DNA of 64,000 nucleotides from Eledone cirrhosa (Eukaryota), in contig OZ024751.1 of the NCBI GenBank assembly GCA_964016885.1, positions 2,480,001 to 2,544,000 on the forward strand, written 5' to 3'. Position numbers and translations under genes: made by a program. The notes below the pieces were generated by a model. That model made no database searches. It saw only the letters and a program-made list of their open reading frames with translations, and was not told the DNA's origin. This document shows, one piece after another, positions 39,335-54,300 of the stretch (its first letter is position 1; every line of letters starts with the position of its first letter).

Positions 39335-42300
39335 CTGTTGAACTGTCATATTGAACCTTCTCTGTTGAAGTGTCATGTTGGACCTTCTCTGTTTAACTGT
39401 CATATTGAACCCTCTCTATTTAACTGTCATATTGAACCTTCTCTGATGAACTGTAATATTGAACCTTCCCAGTTGAACTGTCATGTTGAACCTTCTCTGT
39501 TTAACTGTCATATTGAACTTTCTCTTTTGAAATGTCATGCTGAACCTTCCTTGTTGAACTGTCATGTTGAACCTTCTCTGTTGAACTGTCATATTGAAAG
39601 TTCGCTGTTGAACTGTCATGTTGGACCTTCTCTGTTGAACTGTCATGTTGAACCTTCTCTGTTTAACTATCATATTGAACTTTCTCTGTTGAACTGTGAT
39701 GCTGAACCTTCCCTGTTGAACTGTCATATTGAACCTTCCCTGTTGAACTGTCATGTTGAACCTTCTCTGTTGAACTGTTATGCTGAACCTTCCCATTTTA
39801 ACTGTCATGCTGAACATTCTATGTTGAACTGTCATGCTGAACCTTCCCTGTTTAACTGTCATATTGAACTTTCTCTGTTAAACTGTCATACTGAACCTTC
39901 TCTGTTGAACTGTCATATTGAAACTTCCCTGTTGAACTGTCATGTTGGACCTTCCCTGTTTAACTGTCATGCTGAACCTTCCCTGTTGAACTGTCATATT
40001 GAACTTTCTCTGTTGAACTGTCATATTGAACCTTCCCTGTTGAACTGTCATGTTGAACCTTCTCTGTTTAACTGTCATATTGATCTTTCTCTGTTGAACT
40101 GTCATGCTGAACCTTCCTTGTTGAACTGTCATATTGAACCTTCTCTGTTGAACTGTCATGTTGGACATTCTCTGTTGAACTGTCATATTGAACCTTCACT
40201 GTAGAACTGTCATATTGAACCTTCTCTGTTTAACTGTCATATTGCACTTTCTCTGTTGAACTGTCATACTGAACCTTCTCTGTTGAACTGTCATATTGAA
40301 CCTTCTCTGTTGAACTGTCACATTGAACCTTCTCTGTAGAACTGTCATATTGAACCTTCTCTGTTTAACTGTCATATTGAACTTTCTCTGTTATACTGTC
40401 ATACTGAACCTTCTCTGTTGAACTGTCATATTGAAACTTCCCTGTTGAACTGTCATGTTGGACCTTCCCTGTTTAACTGTCATATTGAACCTTCGCTGTT
40501 GAACTGTCATATTGAACTTTCTCTGTTGAACTGTCATATTGAACCTTCCCTGTTGAACTGTCATGTTGAACCTTCTCTGTTTAACTGTAATATTGAACTT
40601 TCTCTGTTGAACTGTCATGCTGAACCTTCCCTGTTGAACTGTCATGCTGAACCTTCCCTGTTTAACTGTCATGCTGAACCTTCTATGTTGAACTGTCATG
40701 CTGACCCTTCCCTGTTGAACTGTCATGTTGGAACGTCTCTGTTTAACTGTCATATTGAACTTTTTCTGTTGAACTGTCATGCTGAACCTTCTCTGTTGAT
40801 CTATCATATTGAACCTTCTCTGTTGAACTGTCATGTTGGACCTTCTCTGTTTAACTCTCATATTGAACCTTCTCTGTTTAACTGTCATATTGAACCTTCT
40901 CTGTTGAACTGTCATATTGAACCTTCCCTGTTGAACTGTCATGTTGAACCTTCTCTGTTTAACTGTCATATTGAACATTCTCTGTTGAACTGTCATGCTG
41001 AACCTTCCTTGTTGAACTGTATTACTGAACCTTCTCTGTTGAACTGTCATATTGAAACTTCCCTGTTGATCTATCATGTTGGACCTTCCCTGTTGAACTA
41101 TCATATTGAACATTCTCTGTTTAACTGTCGTATTGAACCTTCTCTGTTGAACTGTCATATTGAACCTTCCCTGTTGAACTGTCATGTTGAAACTTCTCTG
41201 TTTAACTGTCATATTGAACATTCTCTATTGAACGGTCATGCTGAACCTTCCTTGTTGAACAGTCATGTTGAACCCTCTCTGTTGAACTGTCATATTGAAC
41301 CTTCTCTGTTGAAGTATCATGTTGGACCTTCTCTGTTTAACTGTCATATTGAACCCTCTCTATTTAACTGTCATATTGAACCTTCTCTGATGAACTGTAA
41401 TATTGAACCTTCCCAGTTGAACTGTCATGTTGAACCTTCTCTGTTTAACTGTCATATTGAACTTTCTCTGTTGAAATGTCATGCTGAACCTTCCTTGTTG
41501 AACTGTCATGTTGAACCTTCTCTGTTGAACTGTCATATTGAAAGTTCGCTGTTGAACTGTCATGTTGGACCTTCTCTGTTGAACTGTCATGTTGAACCTT
41601 CTCTGTTTAACTATCATATTGAACTTTCTCTGTTGAACTGTGATGCTGAACCTTCCCTGTTGAACTGTCATATTGAACCTTCCCTGTTGAACTGTCATGT
41701 TGAACCTTCTCTGTTGAACTGTTATGCTGAACCTTCCCATTTTAACTGTCATGCTGAACATTCTATGTTGAACTGTCATGCTGAACCTTCCCTGTTTAAC
41801 TGTCATATTGAACTTTCTCTGTTAAACTGTCATACTGAACCTTCTCTGTTGAACTGTCATATTGAAACTTCCCTGTTGAACTGTCATGTTGGACCTTCCC
41901 TGTTTAACTGTCATGCTGAACCTTCCCTGTTGAACTGTCATATTGAACTTTCTCTGTTGAACTGTCATATTGAACCTTCCATGTTGAACTGTCATGTTGA
42001 ACCTTCTCTGTTTAACTGTCATATTGAACTTTCTCTGTTGAACTGTCATGCTGAACCTTCCTTGATGAACTGTCATATTGAACCTTCTCTGTTGAACTGT
42101 CATGTTGGACCTTCTCTGTTGAACTGTCATATTGAACCTTCTCTGTAGAACTGTCATATTGAACCTTCTCTGTTTAACTGTCATATTGCACTTTCTCTGT
42201 TGAACTGTCATACTGAACCTTCTCTGTTGAACTGTCATATTGAACCTTCTCTGTTGAACTGTCATATTGAATCTTCCCTGTTGAACTGTCATGTTGAACC

Positions 42301-45300
42301 TTCTCTGTTTAACTGTGATATTGAACATTCTCTGTTGAACTGTCATGCTGAACCTTCCTTGTTGAACTGTATTACTGAACCTTCTCTGTTGAACTGTCAT
42401 ATTGAAACTTCCCTGTTGAACTGTCATGTTGGACCTTCCCTGTTGAACTGTCATATTGAACATTCTCTGTTTAACTGTCATAATGAACATTCTCTGTTGA
42501 AATATCATATTGAACCTTCCCTGTAGAAATGTCATGTTGAACCTTCTATGTTTAACTGTCATATTGAACATTCTCTGTTGAACTGTCATGCTGAACCTTC
42601 CTTGTTGAACAGTCATGTTGAACCTTCTCTGTTGAACTGTCATATTGAAGATTCTCTGTTTAAGTGTCATGTTGGACCTTCTCTGTTTAACTGTCATATT
42701 GAACCTTCTCTATTTAACTGTCATATTGAACCTTCTCTGATGAACTGTAATATTGAACCTTCCCAGTTGAACTGTCATGTTGAACCTTCTCTGTTTAACT
42801 GACATATTGAACTTTCTCTGTTGAAATGTCATGCTGAACCTTCCTTGTTGAACTGTCATGTTGAACCTTCTCTGTGGAACTGTCATATTGAAAGTTCGCT
42901 GTTGAACTGTCATGTTGGACCTTCTCTGTTGAACTGTCATGTTGAACCTTCTCCGTTTAACTATCATATTGAACTTTCTCTGTTGAACTGTCATGTTGAA
43001 CCTTCTCTGTTGAACTGTTATGCTGAACCTTCCCTGTTTAACTGTCATGCTGAACATTCTATGTTGAACTGTCATGCTGAACCTTCCCTGTTTAACTGTC
43101 ATATTGAACTTTCTCTGTTAAACTGTCATACTGAACCTTCTCTGTTGAACTGTCATATTGAAACTTGCCTGTTGAACTGTCATGTTGGACCTTCTCTGTT
43201 GAACTGTCATGCTGAACCTTCCTTGTTGAACTGTCACGTTGAACCTTCTCTGTTGAACTGTCATATTGAACCTTCTCTGTTGAACTGTCATGTTGGACCT
43301 TCTCTGTTGAACTGTCACATTGAACCTTCTCTGTAGAACTGTCATATTGAACCTTCTCTGTTTAACTGTCATATTGAACTTTCTCTGTTAAACTGTCATA
43401 CTGAACCTTCTCTGTTGAACTGTCATATTGAAACTTCCCTGTTGAACTGTCATGTTGGACCTTCCCTGTTTAACTGTCATATTGAACCTTCCCTGTTGAA
43501 CTGTCATATTGAACTTTCTCTGTTGAACTGTCATATTGAACCTTCCCTGTTGAACTGTCATGTTGAACCTTCTCTGTTTAACTGTAATATTGAACTTTCT
43601 CTGTTGAACTGTCATGCTGAACCTTCCCTGTTGAACTGTCATGCTGAACCTTCCCTGTTTAACTGTCATGCTGAACCTTCTATGTTGAACTGTCATGCTG
43701 ACCCTTCCCTGTTGAACTGTCATGTTGGAACGTCTCTGTTTAACTGTCATATTGAACTTTTTCTGTTGAACTGTCATGCTGAACCTTCTCTGTTGATCTA
43801 TCATATTGAACCTTCTCTGTTGAACTGTCATGTTGGACCTTCTCTGTTTAACTCTCATATTGAACCTTCTCTGTTTAACTGTCATATTGAACCTTCTCTG
43901 TTGAACTGTCATATTGAACCTTCCCTGTTGAACTGTCATGTTGAACCTTCTCTGTTTAACTGTCATATTGAACATTCTCTGTTGAACTGTCATGCTGAAC
44001 CTTCCTTGTTGAACTGTATTACTGAACCTTCTCTGTTGAACTGTCATATTGAAACTTCCCTGTTGATCTATCATGTTGGACCTTCCCTGTTGAACTATCA
44101 TATTGAACATTCTCTGTTTAACTGTCGTATTGAACCTTCTCTGTTGAACTGTCATATTGAACCTTCCCTGTTGAACTGTCATGTTGAACCTTCTCTGTTG
44201 AACTGTCATATTGAACCTTCCCTGTTGAACTGTCATGTTGAACCTTCTCTGTTTAACTGTCATATTGAACTTTCTCTGTTGAAATGTCATGCTGAACCTT
44301 CCTTGTTGAACTGTCATGTTGAACCTTCTCTGTTGAACTGTCATATTGAAAGTTCGCTGTTGAACTGTCATGTTGGACCTTCTCTGTTGAACTGTCATGT
44401 TGAACCTTCTCTGTTTAACTATCATATTGAACTTTCTCTGTTGAACTGTGATGCTGAACCTTCCCTGTTGAACTGTCATATTGAACCTTCCCTGTTGAAC
44501 TGTCATGTTGAACCTTCTCTGTTGAACTGTTATGCTGAACCTTCCCATTTTAACTGTCATGCTGAACATTCTATGTTGAACTGTCATGCTGAACCTTCCC
44601 TGTTTAACTGTCATATTGAACTTTCTCTGTTAAACTGTCATACTGAACCTTCTCTGTTGAACTGTCATATTGAAACTTCCCTGTTGAACTGTCATGTTGG
44701 ACCTTCCCTGTTTAACTGTCATGCTGAACCTTCCCTGTTGAACTGTCATATTGAACTTTCTCTGTTGAACTGTCATATTGAACCTTCCATGTTGAACTGT
44801 CATGTTGAACCTTCTCTGTTTAACTGTCATATTGAACTTTCTCTGTTGAACTGTCATGCTGAACCTTCCTTGATGAACTGTCATATTGAACCTTCTCTGT
44901 TGAACTGTCATGTTGGACCTTCTCTGTTGAACTGTCATATTGAACCTTCTCTGTAGAACTGTCATATTGAACCTTCTCTGTTTAACTGTCATATTGCACT
45001 TTCTCTGTTGAACTGTCATACTGAACCTTCTCTGTTGAACTGTCATATTGAACCTTCTCTGTTGAACTGTCATATTGAATCTTCCCTGTTGAACTGTCAT
45101 GTTGAACCTTCTCTGTTTAACTGTGATATTGAACATTCTCTGTTGAACTGTCATGCTGAACCTTCCTTGTTGAACTGTATTACTGAACCTTCTCTGTTGA
45201 ACTGTCATATTGAAACTTCCCTGTTGAACTGTCATGTTGGACCTTCCCTGTTGAACTGTCATATTGAACATTCTCTGTTTAACTGTCATAATGAACATTC

Positions 45301-48300
45301 TCTGTTGAAATATCATATTGAACCTTCCCTGTAGAAATGTCATGTTGAACCTTCTATGTTTAACTGTCATATTGAACATTCTCTGTTGAACTGTCATGCT
45401 GAACCTTCCTTGTTGAACAGTCATGTTGAACCTTCTCTGTTGAACTGTCATATTGAAGATTCTCTGTTTAAGTGTCATGTTGGACCTTCTCTGTTTAACT
45501 GTCATATTGAACCTTCTCTATTTAACTGTCATATTGAACCTTCTCTGATGAACTGTAATATTGAACCTTCCCAGTTGAACTGTCATGTTGAACCTTCTCT
45601 GTTTAACTGACATATTGAACTTTCTCTGTTGAAATGTCATGCTGAACCTTCCTTGTTGAACTGTCATGTTGAACCTTCTCTGTGGAACTGTCATATTGAA
45701 AGTTCGCTGTTGAACTGTCATGTTGGACCTTCTCTGTTGAACTGTCATGTTGAACCTTCTCCGTTTAACTATCATATTGAACTTTCTCTGTTGAACTGTC
45801 ATGTTGAACCTTCTCTGTTGAACTGTTATGCTGAACCTTCCCTGTTTAACTGTCATGCTGAACATTCTATGTTGAACTGTCATGCTGAACCTTCCCTGTT
45901 TAACTGTCATATTGAACTTTCTCTGTTAAACTGTCATACTGAACCTTCTCTGTTGAACTGTCATATTGAAACTTGCCTGTTGAACTGTCATGTTGGACCT
46001 TCTCTGTTGAACTGTCATGCTGAACCTTCCTTGTTGAACTGTCACGTTGAACCTTCTCTGTTGAACTGTCATATTGAACCTTCTCTGTTGAACTGTCATG
46101 TTGGACCTTCTCTGTTGAACTGTCACATTGAACCTTCTCTGTAGAACTGTCATATTGAACCTTCTCTGTTTAACTGTCATATTGAACTTTCTCTGTTAAA
46201 CTGTCATACTGAACCTTCTCTGTTGAACTGTCATATTGAAACTTCCCTGTTGAACTGTCATGTTGGACCTTCCCTGTTTAACTGTCATATTGAACCTTCC
46301 CTGTTGAACTGTCATATTGAACTTTCTCTGTTGAACTGTCATATTGAACCTTCCCTGTTGAACTGTCATGTTGAACCTTCTCTGTTTAACTGTAATATTG
46401 AACTTTCTCTGTTGAACTGTCATGCTGAACCTTCCCTGTTGAACTGTCATGCTGAACCTTCCCTGTTTAACTGTCATGCTGAACCTTCTATGTTGAACTG
46501 TCATGCTGACCCTTCCCTGTTGAACTGTCATGTTGGAACGTCTCTGTTTAACTGTCATATTGAACTTTTTCTGTTGAACTGTCATGCTGAACCTTCTCTG
46601 TTGATCTATCATATTGAACCTTCTCTGTTGAACTGTCATGTTGGACCTTCTCTGTTTAACTCTCATATTGAACCTTCTCTGTTTAACTGTCATATTGAAC
46701 CTTCTCTGTTGAACTGTCATATTGAACCTTCCCTGTTGAACTGTCATGTTGAACCTTCTCTGTTTAACTGTCATATTGAACATTCTCTGTTGAACTGTCA
46801 TGCTGAACCTTCCTTGTTGAACTGTATTACTGAACCTTCTCTGTTGAACTGTCATATTGAAACTTCCCTGTTGATCTATCATGTTGGACCTTCCCTGTTG
46901 AACTATCATATTGAACATTCTCTGTTTAACTGTCGTATTGAACCTTCTCTGTTGAACTGTCATATTGAACCTTCCCTGTTGAACTGTCATGTTGAACCTT
47001 CTCTGTTTAACTGTCATATTGAACATTCTCTGTTGAACTGTCATGCTGAACCTTCCTTGTTGAACAGTCATGTTGAACCCTCTCTGTTGAACTGTCATAT
47101 TGAACCTTCTCTGTTGAAGTGTCATGTTGGACCTTCTCTGTTTAACTGTCATATTGAACCCTCTCTATTTAACTGTCATATTGAACCTTCTCTGATGAAC
47201 TGTAATATTGAACCTTCCCAGTTGAACTGTCATGTTGAACCTTCTCTGTTTAACTGTCATATTGAACTTTCTCTGTTGAAATGTCATGCTGAACCTTCCT
47301 TGTTGAACTGTCATGTTGAACCTTCTCTGTTGAACTGTCATATTGAAAGTTCGCTGTTGAACTGTCATGTTGGACCTTCTCTGTTGAACTGTCATGTTGA
47401 ACCTTCTCTGTTTAACTATCATATTGAACTTTCTCTGTTGAACTGTGATGCTGAACCTTCCCTGTTGAACTGTCATATTGAACCTTCCCTGTTGAACTGT
47501 CATGTTGAACCTTCTCTGTTGAACTGTTATGCTGAACCTTCCCATTTTAACTGTCATGCTGAACATTCTATGTTGAACTGTCATGCTGAACTTTCCCTGT
47601 TAAACTGTCATACTGAACCTTCTCTGTTGAACTGTCATATTGAAACTTCCCTGTTGAACTGTCATGTTGGACCTTCCCTGTTTAACTGTCATGCTGAACC
47701 TTCCCTGTTGAACTGTCATATTGAACTTTCTCTGTTGAACTGTCATATTGAACCTTCCCTGTTGAACTGTCATGTTGAACCTTCTCTGTTTAACTGTCAT
47801 ATTGAACTTTCTCTGTTGAACTGTCATGCTGAACCTTCCTTGTTAAACTGTCATATTGAACCTTCTCTGTTGAACTGTCATGTTGGACCTTCTCTGTTGA
47901 ACTGTCATATTGAACCTTCTCTGTAGAACTGTCATATTGAACCTTCTCTGTTTAACTGTCATATTGCACTTTCTCTGTTGAACTGTCATACTGAACCTTC
48001 TCTGTTGAACTGTCATATTGAACCTTCCCTGTTGAACTGTCATGTTGGACCTTCTCTGTTTAACTGTCATATTGAACCTTCCCTGTTGAACTGTCATATT
48101 GAACTTTCTCTGTTGAACTGTCATGCTGAACCTTCCCTGTTTAACTGTCATGCTGAACCTTCCCTGTTTAACTGTCATGCTGAACCATCTATGTTGAACT
48201 GTCATGCTGACCCTTCCCTGTTGAACTGTCATGTTGGACCGTCTCTGTTTAACTGTCATATTGAACTTTCTCTGTTGAACTGTCATGCCGAAACTTCCTT

Positions 48301-51300
48301 GTTGAACAGTCATGTTGAACCTTCTCTGTTAAACTGTCATATTGAACCTTCTCTGTTGAAGTGTCATGTTGTACCTTCTCTGTTTAACTGTCATATTGAA
48401 CCTTCTCTATTTAATTGTCATATTGAACCTTCTCTGATGAACTGTAATATTGAACCTTCCCTGTTGAACTGTCATATTAAACCTTCTCTGTTGAACTGTC
48501 ATATTGAACCTTCCCTGTTGAACTGTCATGTTGAACCTTCTCTGTTTAACAGTCATATTGAACATTCTCTGTTGAACTGTCATGCTGAACCTTCCTTGTT
48601 GAACTGTATTACTGAACCTTCTCTGTTGAACTGTCATATTGAAACTTCCCTGTTGAACTGTCATGTTAGACCTTCCCTGTTTAACTGTCATATTGAACCT
48701 TCCCTGTTGAAATGTCATGTTGAACCTTCTATGTTTAACTGTTATATTGAACTTTCTCTGTTGAACTGTCATGCTGAACCTTCCTTGTTGAACAGTCATG
48801 TTGAACCTTCTCTGTTGAACTGTCATATTGAACCTTCTCTGTTGAAGTGTCATGTTGTACCTTCTCTGTTTAACTGTCATATTGAACCTTCTCTATTTAA
48901 CTGTCATATTGACCCTTCTCTCATGAACTGTAATATTGAACCTTCCCAGTTGAACTGTCATGTTGAACCTTCTCCGTTTATCAGTCATATTGAACCTTCT
49001 CTGTTGAAGTGTCATGCTGAACCTTCCTTGTTGAACTGTATTATTGAACATTCTCTGTTGAACTGTCATGCTGAACCATCCTTGTCGAACTGTATTACTG
49101 AACCTTTTCTGTTGAACTGTCATATTGAAACTTCCCTGTTGAACCGTCATGTTGGACCTTCCCTGTTTAACTGTCATATTGAACCTTCCCTGTTGAACTG
49201 TCATATTGAACTTTCTCTGTTGAACTGTCATATTGAACCTTCCCTGTTGAACTGTCATGTTGAACCTTCTCTGTTTAACTGTCATATTGAACTTTCTCTG
49301 TTGAACTGTCATGCTGAACCTTCCCTGTTGAACTGTCATATTGAACCTTCTCTGTTGAACTGTCATACTGTACCTTCCCTGTTGAACTATTATATTGAAC
49401 CTTCTCTGTTGAACTGTCATGCTGAACCTTCTCTGTTTAACTGTCATATTGAACCTTCTCTGTTTAACTGTTGTATTGAACCTTCTCTGTTGAACTGTCA
49501 TATTGAACCTTCCCTGTTGAACTGTCATGTTGAACCTTCTCTGTTTAACTGTCATATTGAACATTCTCGGTTGAACTGTCATGCTGAACCTTCCTTGTTG
49601 AACTGTCATGTTGAACCTTCTCTGTTGAACTGTCATATTGAACCTTCTCTGTTGAACTGTCATGTTGGACCTTCTCTATTTAACTGTCATATTCAACCTT
49701 CCCTGTTGAACTGTCATATTGGACCTTCTGTGTTGAACTGTCATATTGAACAATCTGTGTTGAACTGTCATGCTGAATCTTCCCTGTTGAACTGTCATAT
49801 TGAACCTTCCCTGTTTAACTGTCATATTGAACTTTCTCTGTTGAACTATCATGCTGAACCTTCCCAGTTGAACTGTCATGCTGAACCTTCCGTGTTTAAC
49901 TGTCATATTGAACTTTCTCTGTTGAACTGTCATGCTGAACCTTCCCTGTTGAACTGTCATATTGAACCTTCTCTGTTGAACTGTCATACTGAACCTTCTC
50001 TGTTGAACAGTCATTCTGAACCTTCCCTGTTGAACTGTCATATTGAACTTTCTCTGTTGAACTATCATATTGAACTTTCTCTGTTGAACTGTCATGGTGA
50101 ACCTTCTCTGTTGAACTGTCATACTGAACCTTCTATGTTGAACTGTCATATTGAACCTTCCCTGTTGAACTGTCATGTTGAACCTTCTCTGTTTAACTGT
50201 CATATTGAACTTTCTCTGTTGAACTGTCGTATTGAACCATCCCTGTTGAACTGTCATGTTGGACCTTCCCTGTTTTGCTCTCAAATTGAACCATCCCTGT
50301 TGAACTATCATATTTAACTTTCCCTGTTGAACTGACATACTGAACCTTCCCTTTTGAAATGTCATGCTGAACCTTCCCTTTTGAAATGTCATGCTGAACT
50401 TTCTCTGTTGAACTGTCATGCTGAAGCTTCCCTGTTGAACTGTCATGCTGAACCCCCCTGTTTAACTGTCATATTGAACATTCTCTGTTGAACTGTCATG
50501 CTGAACCTTCCCTGTTTAACTATCATACTGAACTTTCTGTGTTGAACTATCATACTGAACTTTCTGTGTTGAACTGTCATGTTGGACCTTCTCTGTTGAA
50601 CTGTCATGTTGGACCTTCTCTGTTGAACTGTCATATTGAATCTTCTCTGTAGAACTGTCATATTGAACCTATTTGTTTAACTGTGATATTGAACTTTCTC
50701 TGTTGAACTGTCATACTGAACCTTCTCTGTTGAACTGTCATATTGAACATTCTCTGTTGAACTGTCCTGCTGAAGCTTCCCTATTGAACTGTCATATTGA
50801 ACCTTCTCTGTTGAACTGTCATGTTGGACCTTCTCTGTTTAACTGTCATATTGAACCTTCTCTGTTGAACTGTCATATTGAACCTTCTCTGTTGAACTGT
50901 CATGTTGGACCTTCTCTGTTGAACTGTCATATTGAACTTTCTCTGTTGAACTGTCATGCTGAATCTTCCCTGTTGAACTGTCATGATGAACCTTCCATGT
51001 TGAACTGTCATATTGAACCTTCTCTGTTGAACTGTCATGTTGGACCTTCTCTGTTTAACTATCATATTGAACCTTCTCTGTTTAACTATCATATTGGACT
51101 TTCTCTGTTGAACTGACATGCTGAAACTTCCCTGTTGAACTGTCATATTGAACCTTCTCTGTTGAACTGTCGTATTGAACCTTCCCTGTTGAACTGTCAT
51201 GTTGGACATTCCCTGTTTAACTCTCATATTGAACCTTCCCTGTTGAACTGTCATATTGAACGTTCCCTGTTGAACTGTCATGCTGAAACTTCCATGTTGA

Positions 51301-54300
51301 ACTGTCATGTTGAACCTTCTCTGTTTAACTGTCATGCTGAACCTTCTCTGTTGAACTGTCATATTGAACTTTCTCTGTTGAACTGTCATGTTGAATCTTC
51401 CCTGTTGAACTGTCATGCTGAACCTTCCCTGTTTAACTATCATATTGAACTTTCTCTGTTGAACTATCATGCTGAACATTCCCTGTTGAACTGTCATATT
51501 GAACTTTCTCGGTTGAACTGTCATGCTGAACCTTCCCTGTTGAACTATCATATTGAACCTTCTCTGTTGAACTGTCATGTTGGACGTTCTCTGTTTAACT
51601 GTCATGTTGGACCTTCTCTGTTTAACTGTCATATTGAACCTTCTCTGTTGAACTGTCATATTGAACCTTATCTGTTGAACTGTCATGTTGGACCTTCTCT
51701 GTTAAACTGTCATATTGAACCTTCTCTGTAGAACTGTCATATTGAACCTTCTCTGTTGAACTGTCATATTGAACCTTCCCTGTTTAACTGTCATGCTGAA
51801 TGTTCCCTGTGGACCTGTCATGTTGGACCTTCTCTGTGTAACTGTCATATTGAACCTTCTCTGTTGAACTGTCATATTGAACCTTCTCTGTCGAACTGTC
51901 ATGTTGGACCTACTCTATTTAACTGTCATACTGAACCTTCTCTGTTTAACTGTCATATTGAACCTTCTCTGTTGAACTGTCATATTGAACCTTCCCTGTT
52001 GAACTGTCATGTTGAACCTTCACTGTTTAACTGTCATATTGAACATTCTCTGTTTAACTGTCATGCTGAAACTTCCTTGTTGAACTGTCATGTTGAACCT
52101 TCTCTGTTGAACTGTCATATTGAACCTTATCTGTTGAACTGTCATGTTGGACCTTCTCTGTTGAACTGTCATACTGAAAATTCTCTGTTGAACTGTCATA
52201 TTGAAACTTCCCTGTTGAACTGTCATTTTGGACCTTCCCTGTTTAACTGTCATGCTGAACCTTCCCTGTTGAACTGTCATGCTGAACCTTCCCTGTTTAA
52301 CTGTCATGCTGAACCTTCTAAGTTGAACTGACATGCTGAACATTCCCTGTTGAACTGTCATGTTGGACCTTCTCTGTTTAACTCATATTGAACTTTCTCT
52401 GTTGAAGTGTCATGCTGAACCTTCCTTGTTGAACTGTCATGTTGAACCTTCTCTGTTGAACTGTCATATTGAACCTTCTCTGTAGAACTGTCATATTGAA
52501 CCTTCTTTGTTTAACTGTCATATTGAACTTTCTCTGTTGAACTGTATTATTGAACATTCTCTGTTGAACTGTCATGCTGAACCTTCCCTGTTGAACTGTT
52601 ATATTGAACCTTCTCTGTTGAACTGTCATGTTGGACCTTCTCTGTTTAACTTTCATATTGAACCTTCTCTGTTTAACTCTCATATTGAACTTTCTCTGTT
52701 GAACTGTCATGCTGAACCTTCCCTATTGAACTGTCATATTGAACCTTCTCTGTTGAACTGTCATGCTGAACCTTCCCTGTTGAACTATCATATTGAACCT
52801 TCTCTGTTGAACTGTCATGTTGGACCTTCTCTGTTTAACTGTCATATAGAACCTTCTCTTTTTAACTGTCATATTGAACCTTCTCTGTTGAACTGTCATA
52901 TTGAACCTTCCCTGTTGAACTGTCATGTTGAACCATCTCTGTTTAACTGTCATATTGAACATTCTCTGTTGAACTATCTTGCTGAACCTTCCTTGTTGAA
53001 CTGTCATGTTGAACCCTCTCTGTTGAACTGTCATATTGAACCTTCTCTGTTGAACTGTCATGTTGGACCTTCTCTATTGAACTGTCATATTTAACCTTCT
53101 CTGTTGAACTGTCATATTGGACCTTCTGTGTTGAACTGTCATATTGAACAATCTGTGTTGAACTGTCATGCTGAATCTTCCCTGTTGAACTGTCATAGTG
53201 AACCTTCCCTGTTTAAATGTCATATTGAACTTTCTCTGTTGAACTATCATGCTGAACCTTCCCAGTTGAACTGTCATGCTGAACCTTCCCTGTTTAACTG
53301 TCATATTGAACTTTCTCTGTTGAACTGTCATGCTCAACATTCCCTGTTGAACTGTCATATTGAACCTTCTCTGTTGAACTATCATATTGAACTTTCTCTG
53401 TTGAACTGTCATGCTGAACCTTCCCTGTTGAACTGTCATGGTGAACCTTCTCTGTTGAACTGTCATACTGAACCTTCTCTGTTGAACTGTCGTATTGAAC
53501 CATCCCTGTTGAACTGTCATGTTGGACCTTCCCTGTTTTGCTCTCAAATTGAACCATCCCTGTTGAACTGTCATATTTAACTTTCCCTGTTGAACTGTCA
53601 TGCTGAAGCTTCCCTGTTGAACTGTCATGCTGAACCCCCCTGTTTAACTGTCATATTGAACATTCTCTGTTGAACTGTCATACTGAACCTTCCCTGTTGA
53701 ACTATCATACTGAAGTTTCTGTGTTGAACTGTCATACTGAACTTTCTGTGTTGAACTGTCATGTTGGACTTTCTCTGTTGAACTGTCATGTTGGACCTTC
53801 TCTGTTGAAGTGTCATATTGAATCTTCTCTGTAGAACTGTCATATTGAACCTATTTGTTTAACTGTGATATTGAACTTTCTCTGTTGAACTGTCATACTG
53901 AACCTTCTCTGTTGAACTGTCCTGCTGAAGCTTCCCTATTGAACTGTCATATTGAACCTTCTCTGTTGAACTGTCATGTTGGACCTTCTCTGTTTAACTG
54001 TCATATTGAACCTTCTCTGTTGAACTGTCATATTGAACCTTCTCTGTTGAACTGTCATGTTGGACCTTCTCTGTTGAACTGTCATATTGAACTTTCTCTG
54101 TTGAACTGTCATGCTGAATCTTCCCTGTTGAACTGTCATGCTGAACCTTCCCTGTTGAACTGTCATATTGAACCTTCTCTGTTGAACTGTCATGTTGGAC
54201 CTTCTCTGTTTAACTATCATAGTGAACTTTCTCTGTTGAACTGACATGCTGAAACTTCCCTGTTGAACTGTCATGTTGAACCTTCTCTGTTGAACTTTCA

